Part shown: in pieces, positions 10,147 to 19,354 of the stretch
Layout of the letters: each line of letters starts with the position of its first letter
Numbering within the stretch: position 1 is the first letter of the stretch
NCBI RefSeq assembly: GCF_000027125.1
Contig: NC_017626.1
Reading direction: 5' to 3' (one strand)
From: Escherichia coli 042
GTDB taxonomy: Bacteria; Pseudomonadota; Gammaproteobacteria; Enterobacterales; Enterobacteriaceae
Length of the DNA stretch: 64,000 nt
Translations under genes and position numbers: made by a program
The notes under the pieces: generated by a model
The model's input: the letters and a program-made list of their open reading frames with translations, nothing else
Told to the model about the DNA's origin: nothing
Database searches by the model: none

Positions 10147-12534
10147 TTATCCAATACGTGCTCGTGCGCGTTCCTGTTCACGGATCTGCGCCTGAATTTG
10201 TGTATAAAGCTGCGCCTGTTCATTATCGCGATCGGTCGCGGTCACGACCAGTGCGTAAGGCTCCTGCTCGCTGCTGAATGCTTCGCCCCAGTCTCTGTCC
10301 TGACGGGTAACAACAATAAACCATTTTTCATCCGGGTTACGCTGGCGAAAAGTCCAAATCGACGACTGTACCGTCCCGCGTTCCCGCTGTTGGGCTGATA
10401 CAACACGGTTAGTCTGGGCATCATCGGAGCGGGTTTCCGTCTCACTCTGCGTCTGGTGATTAAAACTGGCCTGCACTTCATCCAGCGAGCGGCCCTTAAC
10501 CAGCCGGAAACCGATCCGTGTGGCAGTATAATCCAGCCGGGTGGTACGCACGGCGGGTGAATATGCCAGCGTAACGCGGACTTCACGGGTTGCACGCTGC
10601 GATCGTAAAAAAGAAGCCGGGAAGGGCAGTTCAAAAAATTGGTGCGCGTTATTTTCTATCTGCTCTTCACATCGCATGACCACCACATTTTCAGAAGAAC
10701 GATATAACGCATCTTCATCAATGATGCCGTAGCCTGTCACGTCGCGCTCAATCTCCCGGTTTCTCGTTGCAGGCGCATTTCTATAGCTTTCTCTCATGGC
10801 CTGCGGAAAAGCCTGCGTCATCTCCTGAGAAACAGAAGCATGATTGACCAGCATTGCCCGCAGCATATTGGCAGACATTTCCGGGTATTCATTTAGCAGT
10901 CGACCCGCCAGATGTGTGATATACGGCGCGGCAAAGCTGGTGCCGCTGAGTTCTTTAAACAGCGTATTACCCTGAAACTGGTGATGGCAGCTTAATACGC
11001 CCAGACCGCGCATATGTGCCTGCCATTGCCCTTGCCGAACGTTGGAAGCGACATTGCCACCGTGCGCTACAACGTCAGGTTTAAACGCGCCTTTTACCGA
11101 CGGGCCGTGTCGGGTAAAAGGCGACGGTTGGTTTTCCGTTGCCGGGCTGAGATGCTGAATATCGCCAGGCCTACGCTGCGCATCCAACGTTGCGTTATGT
11201 CTGGCGACGCTGCCCACTGTCAGTACGTTCAGCGCCGGAGCCGGATCGATGATTACGCTGTCCTCATGCAACAGGTAGTCAGGATATTCATCCCGCCAGC
11301 TATTTTGCGGCACCGGAGGATCGTCGCTGCCTGCGAAATTCCCCGCAGAGACGACAAACAGTACATTATATTGCCGCGCCAGCGTATCTAACAGATACGC
11401 CATACCGCGAATATGTTTGCCGTCATAGGGCGCATTAGCATTCCCCAGCGACAGATTGAAAATGCGGCAACCGAGATCGGTAAAATACGCGACGGCGGCT
11501 GTTAGTGTGCTTTCAATCGTTTCGGCATTGAATTCAGCCCGCTCGTTCAGTACTTTCCCGTTATACAGCCATAGCTGCGGCTGCCAGAAATTGCTCTGGT
11601 TACAGGCTTCAACGTCGCCATACAGAGCAATACTCGCTACGGCGGTGCCATGCCCCTCTTGATCAAACGCATCCTGATTGGGAATAAAGCTGGCGCTTTC
11701 AGCAATGGCGGCACTTAACAGAGGGTGATTGGTGTTGATGCCGCTATCCAGAATACAGACTCTGGCCGCATTTACCGCAGGCGAAATCAGATGCTCTGGA
11801 AGTGTATTGATGTCCCGGTTAATTTGTTGATAGCTAATGCCGCTGGACGGTGGCAAATCAACCAACCTGACGTCCCGATGCGCTAACAGGTATTCTGCTT
11901 GCGCGAGCGAAACCTCTATCCGGTACATCAACAGGCTGTCCAGATTGACTTTATCCCGCCAGAGAATCCCCTGCTCTCTGAGCCAATTTTCAAAACGGGT
12001 ATACAGGTCGATACGTCTGGGGTGATGCGCCACATCGACTGGCCAGAGCTCCACATCCAGATTAAAGCGTTCCGCTACAGGAAAACCATAGCGCCGGAGT
12101 GCCCAGCTTTTACGATCTTCCGCCGACCAGCCGTCAATGCCGTCAAGCGCTTCGAGAATATTCCTGTAGGTTAGGTCCGTACGGGGAAGCCCCAGTTGCG
12201 CCAGATGGGTTTCGAAGGTTGTCAGACCCTGCTCATTAGTGAAAACGATACAGACCTGTTTACCTTCCTGACTGATGAACTCCACGCCGTGATGTATCAA
12301 TGCTGAAAAATTCATTGTGCCGCTGTAGTTCAGCTTGAGGATATAGCGCCCGTCATCGGCGCTGCCGGGTACTTGTGCCAGCGTTGGGCGCAAGGTATGG
12401 AGTTGCGTCAACAGCATTTGCCCGTGCTGGCGTAAATCGCCCCTGCGAATACGGGGCATATTGACTCTGCGGGTCCGTCGGTCGTTTTGAAGTGGTGCTT
12501 TGGTAATCGTTAGATGCTGATAATTCGCCGTCAT
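10147..12534 (-). CDS. Subtilisin-like S8 serine peptidase with ~250-aa N-terminal extension (IetS-like)
   Basis: 795 aa; catalytic D (VCILDSGIN), H (HGTAVASIA), S (GTSFAAPYITH); starts 9 nt after the ATPase stop. Confidence 0.8.
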   Translation of the reverse strand: MTANYQHLTITKAPLQNDRRTRRVNMPRIRRGDLRQHGQMLLTQLHTLRPTLAQVPGSADDGRYILKLNYSGTMNFSALIHHGVEFISQEGKQVCIVFTNEQGLTTFETHLAQLGLPRTDLTYRNILEALDGIDGWSAEDRKSWALRRYGFPVAERFNLDVELWPVDVAHHPRRIDLYTRFENWLREQGILWRDKVNLDSLLMYRIEVSLAQAEYLLAHRDVRLVDLPPSSGISYQQINRDINTLPEHLISPAVNAARVCILDSGINTNHPLLSAAIAESASFIPNQDAFDQEGHGTAVASIALYGDVEACNQSNFWQPQLWLYNGKVLNERAEFNAETIESTLTAAVAYFTDLGCRIFNLSLGNANAPYDGKHIRGMAYLLDTLARQYNVLFVVSAGNFAGSDDPPVPQNSWRDEYPDYLLHEDSVIIDPAPALNVLTVGSVARHNATLDAQRRPGDIQHLSPATENQPSPFTRHGPSVKGAFKPDVVAHGGNVASNVRQGQWQAHMRGLGVLSCHHQFQGNTLFKELSGTSFAAPYITHLAGRLLNEYPEMSANMLRAMLVNHASVSQEMTQAFPQAMRESYRNAPATRNREIERDVTGYGIIDEDALYRSSENVVVMRCEEQIENNAHQFFELPFPASFLRSQRATREVRVTLAYSPAVRTTRLDYTATRIGFRLVKGRSLDEVQASFNHQTQSETETRSDDAQTNRVVSAQQRERGTVQSSIWTFRQRNPDEKWFIVVTRQDRDWGEAFSSEQEPYALVVTATDRDNEQAQLYTQIQAQIREQERARARIG

Positions 12535-12543
12535 GGCAGTCCC

Positions 12544-13524
12544 TTATCGGTGGGTTCTGGCGTTTTCTCGCTGAGTTGCGTTTTTTAAATCTTTTAGCGT
12601 CAGGAATTCCTGATGACGCAGGATCATATGCTTGGTTGCCCGACGGACAATGCGCTCAATATCTGCACCGCTTTTCCCGAGCAGCAGGGATAATAGCTCG
12701 CTATCGTCCAGCTCAAACTGACGGCGGGTGCCGCGTAATTTTAACGCCAACAGCTCACGTAACTGCGCCTGATCCGGCAACGGAAATTCAATCACTTCAT
12801 CAAATCGACGCCAGATGGCGCTGTCCAGAATGTGTTCATGGTTAGTGGCCGCCAGAATCAGGCTTTTACCCTGATAAGCATCCATCATTTGTAAAACGGC
12901 ATTGACGACCCGGCGTAATTCACCGTGTTCGCCGCTGTCGCCACGCTCTTTTCCTATGGCATCAAACTCATCGAACAACACCACCATTGGGTGCTCTGCA
13001 ATAAAATCGAAAATTTTACGCAGATTGGCGGCGGTTTCTCCCAAAAACGAAGACACCAGTACGTCGAGGCGGACAATTGCCAGCGGCATGTCCAGTTCAA
13101 AAGCGATAACCTCTGCTGTCAGCGTTTTACCGCAGCCCGGCGGTCCGAAAAACATGATCTTACTGGCTGCTTTCATCCCGTAGCTATGCAATACATCGCT
13201 ACGCCGGTGCTCTTCAAGGAGTTCATCAATCACTGTAGCGCTGGTCGCCGGGAGGATCATTTCATCAAGGCTGCGCTGTGGCTGCCGGAGATCCAGCAAC
13301 GGCAGGCCCCTTTCTTTATCTATCGGTGCTTGAGGAAGCGCAGGCGAGCGCGAAGCCTGAACAAGACGATCGCCGTAAAGAATATGCTCCAGATCGTTAG
13401 CCAGAAGGTGGTGCTGTTTCTGACGTTCCTCATCAATAATGGCTTCCGAAACACGACGGAAAGTAGCGGTATCACCCGTTGCGCCCGCTTTTATTAGTTG
13501 CCTTAATATCTTACCGTTAGCCAT
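12544..13524 (-). CDS. AAA+ ATPase (IetA-like)
   Basis: Walker A GPPGCGKT, Walker B VVLFDEFD, sensor region LILAATN; ATG at 13524 has an AGGAG RBS (ORF track uses an upstream GTG at 13548). Confidence 0.8.
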   Translation of the reverse strand: MANGKILRQLIKAGATGDTATFRRVSEAIIDEERQKQHHLLANDLEHILYGDRLVQASRSPALPQAPIDKERGLPLLDLRQPQRSLDEMILPATSATVIDELLEEHRRSDVLHSYGMKAASKIMFFGPPGCGKTLTAEVIAFELDMPLAIVRLDVLVSSFLGETAANLRKIFDFIAEHPMVVLFDEFDAIGKERGDSGEHGELRRVVNAVLQMMDAYQGKSLILAATNHEHILDSAIWRRFDEVIEFPLPDQAQLRELLALKLRGTRRQFELDDSELLSLLLGKSGADIERIVRRATKHMILRHQEFLTLKDLKNATQRENARTHR

Positions 13525-13549
13525 TATTGACTCCTGAAACCACAGCACT

Positions 13550-16416
13550 TCATGCGGAAGGTGAACTCAACGTCCAGCTCACCGCGAATAATTGACGGGA
13601 CGTTATTTCCGTCGCCAGCTTTTGCTCGACCTCTTCCAGCAGACGGTCCTCTTCCTGCTCGATTTTTTTCTTTTCATCATGATACTGCAACATGATGCTA
13701 TCCCGCTCGCGTTCCAGCACCTTTAATGCGCGCTTGGCTTCCATTTTCTCTTTTAGAGAAGGAAGCTGACGGGCGGCTTTACGCGCCTCTTTAATTTCTG
13801 CATCTAACTGTTTGATACGTAAGTCCAGCGCGATACGTCGATCTTCTGACCAGCGTTCAAGTTTTTCTACTTCTTCATTGTAATAAAGTTCGTTATCGCG
13901 TTCGACCTGTTGGATAAAAGAATGCCGTAAAACCTCACATTGTGTTGTTAACGCAGGCAGCAAAGGCTGTTCTTCGACAGATGTTATCTCTGATAATGGC
14001 AGGCGAAGCAGACGGGATACGGTTTCCTCTGCCAGCACTTCGCCATTTTCTGTAACAGCGACGGTCAATAGTTTCTCTCGCTGTTGCTCCTGATTTCCGA
14101 TGCTGACTTTTGCCAGCAACAGCTGTCCCGATTTCCCGCAGAACAGTTTAACATCGGCCAGTTGTCCGCTTCTGGGTTGGTAGATGAAATGGAGCTTCTG
14201 GCAAACTGGGGATGTGGAAAGGCTTGCCCCTTCATGCAGGGCAGCATCAATCAGTTGCTTCCCATATCCCTGGCTGGGCCGGAAGAATTCGGCATCTTTT
14301 TCATCCGCAATGGGCCAGTTGACGTCAAAATACTTTCCTCTGGAACGAAAACCCGTCTCAGAACGTTGAAAATCGCTCTCGTCGCTCAGAAACATTTCCG
14401 CCAGCAGCAACAGATTTTCCTGGTAATCGTTTAACTGCGCGAGGGTGGTTGTACGTCGGGTTTTCAGATTGCGGACCACATCAACGTCAAAATGCTCGAA
14501 TAATGAACGCCGGGTTTCATTCTCCCGATTTTCCAGTTGATCTTTGAGTTCATCCTGCAGCTGATTAAATTCCTGTTCAATTTGTTCATCGGAGCGGCAG
14601 TGCTGGTATATCTCATGAATACGTCGTTCAATATCAACACCTGATTCGATCGACCCCAGAATGTCATCGGATGCGCCAAACACCCCTTCAAAAAGCTGGA
14701 ACTTCTGGCTCAATAATTCAAACACGCGCTGATCGGCACGGTTGCCTTTATTAATAAAATTAACCACCACGACATCGTGTTTTTGTCCATAGCGGTGAAC
14801 ACGCCCGATACGTTGCTCCACGCGCTGCGGATTCCACGGTAAATCATAATTGATTAACAGCGAACAAAACTGGAGGTTGATACCTTCTGCGCCCGCTTCA
14901 GTACAAATCATCAGGGTGCCTTCGTCCCTGAATTTTTCAACCAGCGCTGCCTTCATATCCGCCGTACTCGAACCGGAAACCCGGCCAGAGTTCTGATGTT
15001 TCTCCAGCCAGTCGCTGTAAATCTTCTTCGACACCGCATCGCTATTGCTGCCATTGAGCAGAACCACTTCTCCCTCGTAGCCACTTTCTGACAACAGTTG
15101 CGCCAGCCAGGTCTGGGTGCGTACGGACTCGGTAAAAATGACCGCCTTACGTAATCCGCCCAGTTCAGCCGTAAAGGTAAAGGCCCGATCGAGAACGCGT
15201 AACAGTGCTTCGGCCTTGGCGTTTTTGGTAATCGATGCCGCTAAAGTCTTATAATTTTTTAACTGGTCAATTTCGGCCTGTAGCGCCTGAGGATCGATGG
15301 TATCTTCGTCATCAATGCCTTCTTCATCGCTGTAATCGTCGTAATTTTCATAATCCGTCAGCGCATCCAGCACCGGCATTTTACTTTCAAGACGGTGGAT
15401 CATCGTTTCCAGCGTTCCCTGGATCGCTGTAGACGATGAGGCCAGAATTTTACGAATGACTAACGTTACTAGGTGACGCGCGCCGCTTTTGATCGCCAGT
15501 AGATCGTCCCGCTGCAAATAAGAGGAAACCTGTTTATAGAGCACTTCTTCGTCTTCCGTCGGACGAAAGTCTTCGGTTATTGAATGGCGTCGGGTAAAAC
15601 TGATCCCGCCTTCCTGCTGAACCTGTCGACGAAGCGTTCGATTACAGATTTTATTCAGACGAACCCTTAATAATGCCAGTTCTGCATCGTCAATATTCTG
15701 TCGGGAATAACGGGCCTTGAACGAAGCAAGGTCGCCGAAAAAATGAGGATCAATCACGGAAATCAGGCCGTAAAGCTCAAGAATACTGTTTTGTAGCGGC
15801 GTGGCGGAAAGCAGTATTTTTTTTCTGCCGGACAGTGCGCCACTGAGTTTTTTGGCTGTTTTAGCGCCATCGTTCTTGTAGATATTACGCAGTTTATGCG
15901 CCTCATCCATGACGACCAGATCCCACGGGATTCGTGCCAGCTCGTGCTCTTTACGGGCAGCGAATTCGTATGAACAAATGCAGATCGCCGCTTTCCCGGT
16001 TGCATTTTCAATATCAAAGGGATTATCGCTCCCCTCTTTAACCATTTGATTGAAGATCTTCGCTTCAATAATTTGTGAAGGCAGCGAAAATTTCTCTTCC
16101 AGCTCCTGGCTCCACTGCTTGCGTAGCGTTGCGGGTGCAATCAGCAACAGTTTTCGGCGGCGTTCAGCCCATTTTGCGCCAAAATCAGGCTGGCCTCAAT
16201 AGTTTTCCCCAGTCCCACTTCATCGGCCAGGATCACGCCATTCGACAGGGGAGATGCCAGCGCAAACATCGCAGCCTCTACCTGATGAGGATTCATATCA
16301 ACCCGTGCGCTGGCAATAGTTTGCGTCAGCGAGTCCTCGGCTTTGCCGCTTAACGTCAACCAGTGGGCCAGATAACTACGTTGGTGATCTGAATACATTT
16401 TCATACCTTTGTGCAA
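13550..16416 (-). pseudogene. SNF2-family helicase with ~450-aa coiled-coil-rich C-terminal extension, frameshifted near the N-terminus in this sequence
   Basis: Motif I ILADEVGLGKTIEA in the 16141..16416 piece; motif II VMDEAHKLRN and LLSATPLQN in the 13550..16147 piece. One extra nucleotide in the A4 or T4 run at plus 16172-16184 restores a continuous ~955-aa frame (...LILAQKWAERRRKLLLIAPATLRKQW...). Confidence 0.75.
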
Positions 16417-16698
16417 AGAGGGGGAGGGGAGCGCGACCGTATTTTACTGATATATGAACCGGGTTGCTAATCTGGAAGATGGCTCGCATTACATCCCCTT
16501 GTCGTTCACCGGGCTTCGCGGTCTCTTTTCCTCGCGTCTGCAAAATCAGGCGCCGGGCTTGACCTCCTGAACACTCCTTAGTGACGACACAATGGCGCGC
16601 TCGCGCCTTTTTTGTGCCGGTGCTCGGCTACACCTCAATGGCGGACCGGGCGGGGGCGTCGCAAGGCGCGCTGGATGGACTGTTCTGAGGAGGCAGGA

Positions 16699-17402
16699 AT
16701 GAGACGATTACCGCTGATGGTGGGCGTGATAGTGGGCGTAATGCTGGCTGTCGGCTGCCATGACCGTAGGGCTGGTGTGAGGACGCTGCTGGGCGATGGC
16801 GTGGAGCAATGGGGGCAGAAGTTGCCTTACGACCACTGGGAATTCAATTTTTTTACCCGAAAAATCTGCCGGCACTGGTGACAATGGTGTATCTGGAGGA
16901 CGGGGATATCCGGGAGAGCTTTTTCCGGCGACTGGATCCGACTGAACCCAGTCAGAGCAGTGTGGGAAAATGGAGCCAGCACGTAGGCGGTTTTTTAGCC
17001 AGTTTTAATATTGGCAAGGCGCTGCCTGTCAGGATGACGGTATGCTGGGACTCAGTTATCGATAAAAAGGCGTATGAGACGGAGATCTGGTTCAGCCGGG
17101 ATACGTGGCAGCAGATGCTGACTGCCTATCCTGATACTTATCGTCCGGGAAAAATATATTACCGAAACAAAATGATTATTGGCCTGCCCCCCGGTGGTAA
17201 AGTCAGGGTATGGTTAAAAGACAATCGTAATCCTGTTGTACTCCAGAATCCTGCCCGACAGTTCACCCTGACGGGAGATGATATGCTGATATGCAAAAAT
17301 GTTCCCAACAAGATTGATTTCAGTTACATCAAGGCTAACGGTTACGATCCATTTATCCGCGATTTTATCAAGGAAAAGCCCTATCCGTATGGTCACTGGT
17401 AG
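16699..17402 (+). pseudogene. Putative lipoprotein, frameshifted at a T7 homopolymer
   Basis: N-terminus MRRLPLMVGVIVGVMLAVGC (lipobox LAVGC); the two overlapping ORF-track frames (16612..16881, 16809..17402) join if the T7 run at 16848-16854 is T8 (...HWEFNFFYPKNLPALV...). Confidence 0.5.
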
Positions 17403-17429
17403 GGCGCAACGATCAGCAAAATTAAAATG

Positions 17430-17800
17430 ATCTTCTTGAGATCCTTTTAAGCTGCGCGTAATCTTCGGCTTGTAAACGGAAAAAGCCGCCTTGCGGCGGC
17501 TTTTTCCGTCCGATTAGAAGTCTTCGACCTCTTCTAATCGACTGTGGTAACTGGCTTGATGGAGCACAGATACCAAATGCTGTCCTTCCAGTGTAGCCGC
17601 TATAAGGCTTCAACTTCAAGAGTTCTGCGTATCTAAATCCACTATCCAGTTACCAATGGCTGCTGCCAGTGGCGTTAAGTCGTGTCTTACCGGGTTGGAC
17701 TCAAGACGATAGTTACCGGATAAGGCGCAGCGGTCGGGCTGAACGGGGGGGCGTGCACACAGCCCAGCCTAGAGGACTCGACTTATTTAATTGTGTAAAC
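17430..17800 (+). other. ColE1/pMB1-type plasmid replication-control region (RNAII 5' region / RNAI), truncated remnant
   Basis: Near-identity to the pBR322/pUC ori region as I recall it, e.g. GTCGTGTCTTACCGGGTTGGACTCAAGACGATAGTTACCGGATAAGGCGCAGCGGTCGGGCTGAACGGGGGG and CAGATACCAAAT..GTCCTTC..AGTGTAGCC; homology stops near 17795, before where the origin proper would lie. Confidence 0.7.
17476..17583 (-). ncRNA. RNAI-like antisense RNA of the ColE1-type remnant
   Basis: Minus strand from ACAGCATTTGGTATCTG... through a strong hairpin AAAAGCCGCC-GCAA-GGCGGCTTTT, matching the position and orientation of RNAI in ColE1 replicons; expression not assessable. Confidence 0.4.
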
Positions 17801-17867
17801 AGGGCCTCTCCGCGAAAGACCCTTATGCATCACCTGACGTTAAAAGTCACTACACCCAAGATGACGT

Positions 17868-18131
17868 TCAATGGCACCATGTGATTTCAATGTAAGCCCG
17901 GGCCGTCTGTTCCAGTACACCAGGCTCAGCGTTGTATGTGTTAGCTGCATCAAATACCAACGTCAGCACTTCAGGATACACAACCAGATATGTAATGGAG
18001 TTATCTTCATCCAATACTTTTCCCCACGCCTGCTCAATCAGATTTCTGAGAACCACCACCTCACGACTCTTACACCAGACATCGTTATTAAGTAGCAGCA
18101 CCATAAGATAAGGAGTGGTATCGTTAGCCAC
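17868..18131 (-). CDS. Hypothetical protein (unrecognised), between ColE1 remnant and IS1
   Basis: 87-aa ORF with protein-like composition; no recognisable motif. Confidence 0.2.
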   Translation of the reverse strand: MANDTTPYLMVLLLNNDVWCKSREVVVLRNLIEQAWGKVLDEDNSITYLVVYPEVLTLVFDAANTYNAEPGVLEQTARAYIEITWCH

Positions 18132-18271
18132 AGCCTCCCTGCTCCAGAGATAATATAAAGGGGGGGCTCAACAGATTGATCTTTACGTCGCTTACACTGC
18201 AAATATTCAGAAATGAGTCTATGCATTTCACCAGTAAAATCAGCCATCAGAGAGGGGGTAATGACTCCAAC

Positions 18272-18649
18272 TTATTGATAGTGTTTTATGTTCAGATAAT
18301 GCCCGATGACTTTGTCATGCAGCTCCACCGATTTTGAGAACGACAGCGACTTCCGTCCCAGCCGTGCCAGGTGCTGCCTCAGATTCAGGTTATGCCGCTC
18401 AATTCGCTGCGTATATCGCTTGCTGATTACGTGCAGCTTTCCCTTCAGGCGGGATTCATACAGCGGCCAGTCATCCGTCATCCATATCACCACGTCAAAG
18501 GGTGACAGCAGGCTCATAAGACGCCCCAGCGTCGCCATAGTGCGTTCACCGAATACGTGCGCAACAACCGTCTTCCGGAGCCTGTCATACGCGTAAAACA
18601 GCCAGCGCTGGCGCGATTTAGCCCCGACATAGCCCCACTGTTCGTCCAT
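18272..18649 (-). CDS. insB: IS1 InsB
   Basis: [48 protein letters not shown]... Confidence 0.9.
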   Translation of the reverse strand: MDEQWGYVGAKSRQRWLFYAYDRLRKTVVAHVFGERTMATLGRLMSLLSPFDVVIWMTDDWPLYESRLKGKLHVISKRYTQRIERHNLNLRQHLARLGRKSLSFSKSVELHDKVIGHYLNIKHYQ

Positions 18650-18693
18650 TTCCGCGCAGACGATGACGTCACTGCCCGGCTGTATGCGCGAGG

Positions 18694-18969
18694 TTACCGA
18701 CTGCGGCCTGAGTTTTTTAAGTGACGTAAAATCGTGTTGAGGCCAACGCCCATAATGCGGGCAGTTGCCCGGCAGCCAACGCCATTCATGGCCATATCAA
18801 TGATTTTCTGGTGCGTACCGGGTTGAGAAGCGGTGTAAGTGAACTGCAGTTGCCATGTTTTACGGCAGTGAGAGCAGAGATAGCGCTGATGTCCGGCGGT
18901 GCTTTTGCCGTTACGCACCACCCCGTCAGTAGCTGAACAGGAGGGACAGCTGATAGAAACAGAAGCCAC
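18694..18969 (-). CDS. insA: IS1 InsA
   Basis: [43 protein letters not shown]... Confidence 0.9.
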
Positions 18970-19354
18970 TGGAGCACCTCAAAAACACCATCATACACTA
19001 AATCAGTAAGTTGGCAGCATCACCTGTTCCCAAAATTTTATTTATCTTCATCACTTACAGAGAATGCTCAACATTTGCTAGTCTTTTCCTGTCCTGGTAT
19101 CCAAAGTCTCCTCCCAAATATCCTGGATACTAGCTTAGACAAAATGAGATTATATTTATGGTAAATTATATCATAACAGCTTTTGTTAAGGATGCTGTGT
19201 AAGATAAAATATATGGGTTAGAGGCAGATTCTTTTGCAATCAGGAAGAAGATAATCACTGATGTTATCGGATATGTAGCAGTATTCGTTATAGCTATTTA
19301 GAGAAATTTGTGCCACAATTTATTATAGAGTTTAAAGAAAAATATATTGAAAAT

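Larger units (their letters stand above)
18257..19024 (-). mobile_element. IS1
   Basis: 768 bp; ends GGTAATGACTCCAACTTATTGATAGTG (18257) and ...GTAAGTTGGCAGCATCACC (19024); insA and insB present; flanking 9-mers do not match (no target duplication). Confidence 0.9.

Noticed and set aside
5255-16416. Assignment of the operon to BREX or DISARM
   Set aside because: No PglZ, BrxL/Lon, BrxA/B, DrmA, DrmB (DUF1998) or DrmC (PLD) candidates are present; the methyltransferase and helicase-nuclease are type III mod/res-like.
17422-17619. 65-aa ORF inside the ColE1-type region
   Set aside because: It overlaps the RNAI/RNAII control region, which is non-coding in ColE1 replicons.
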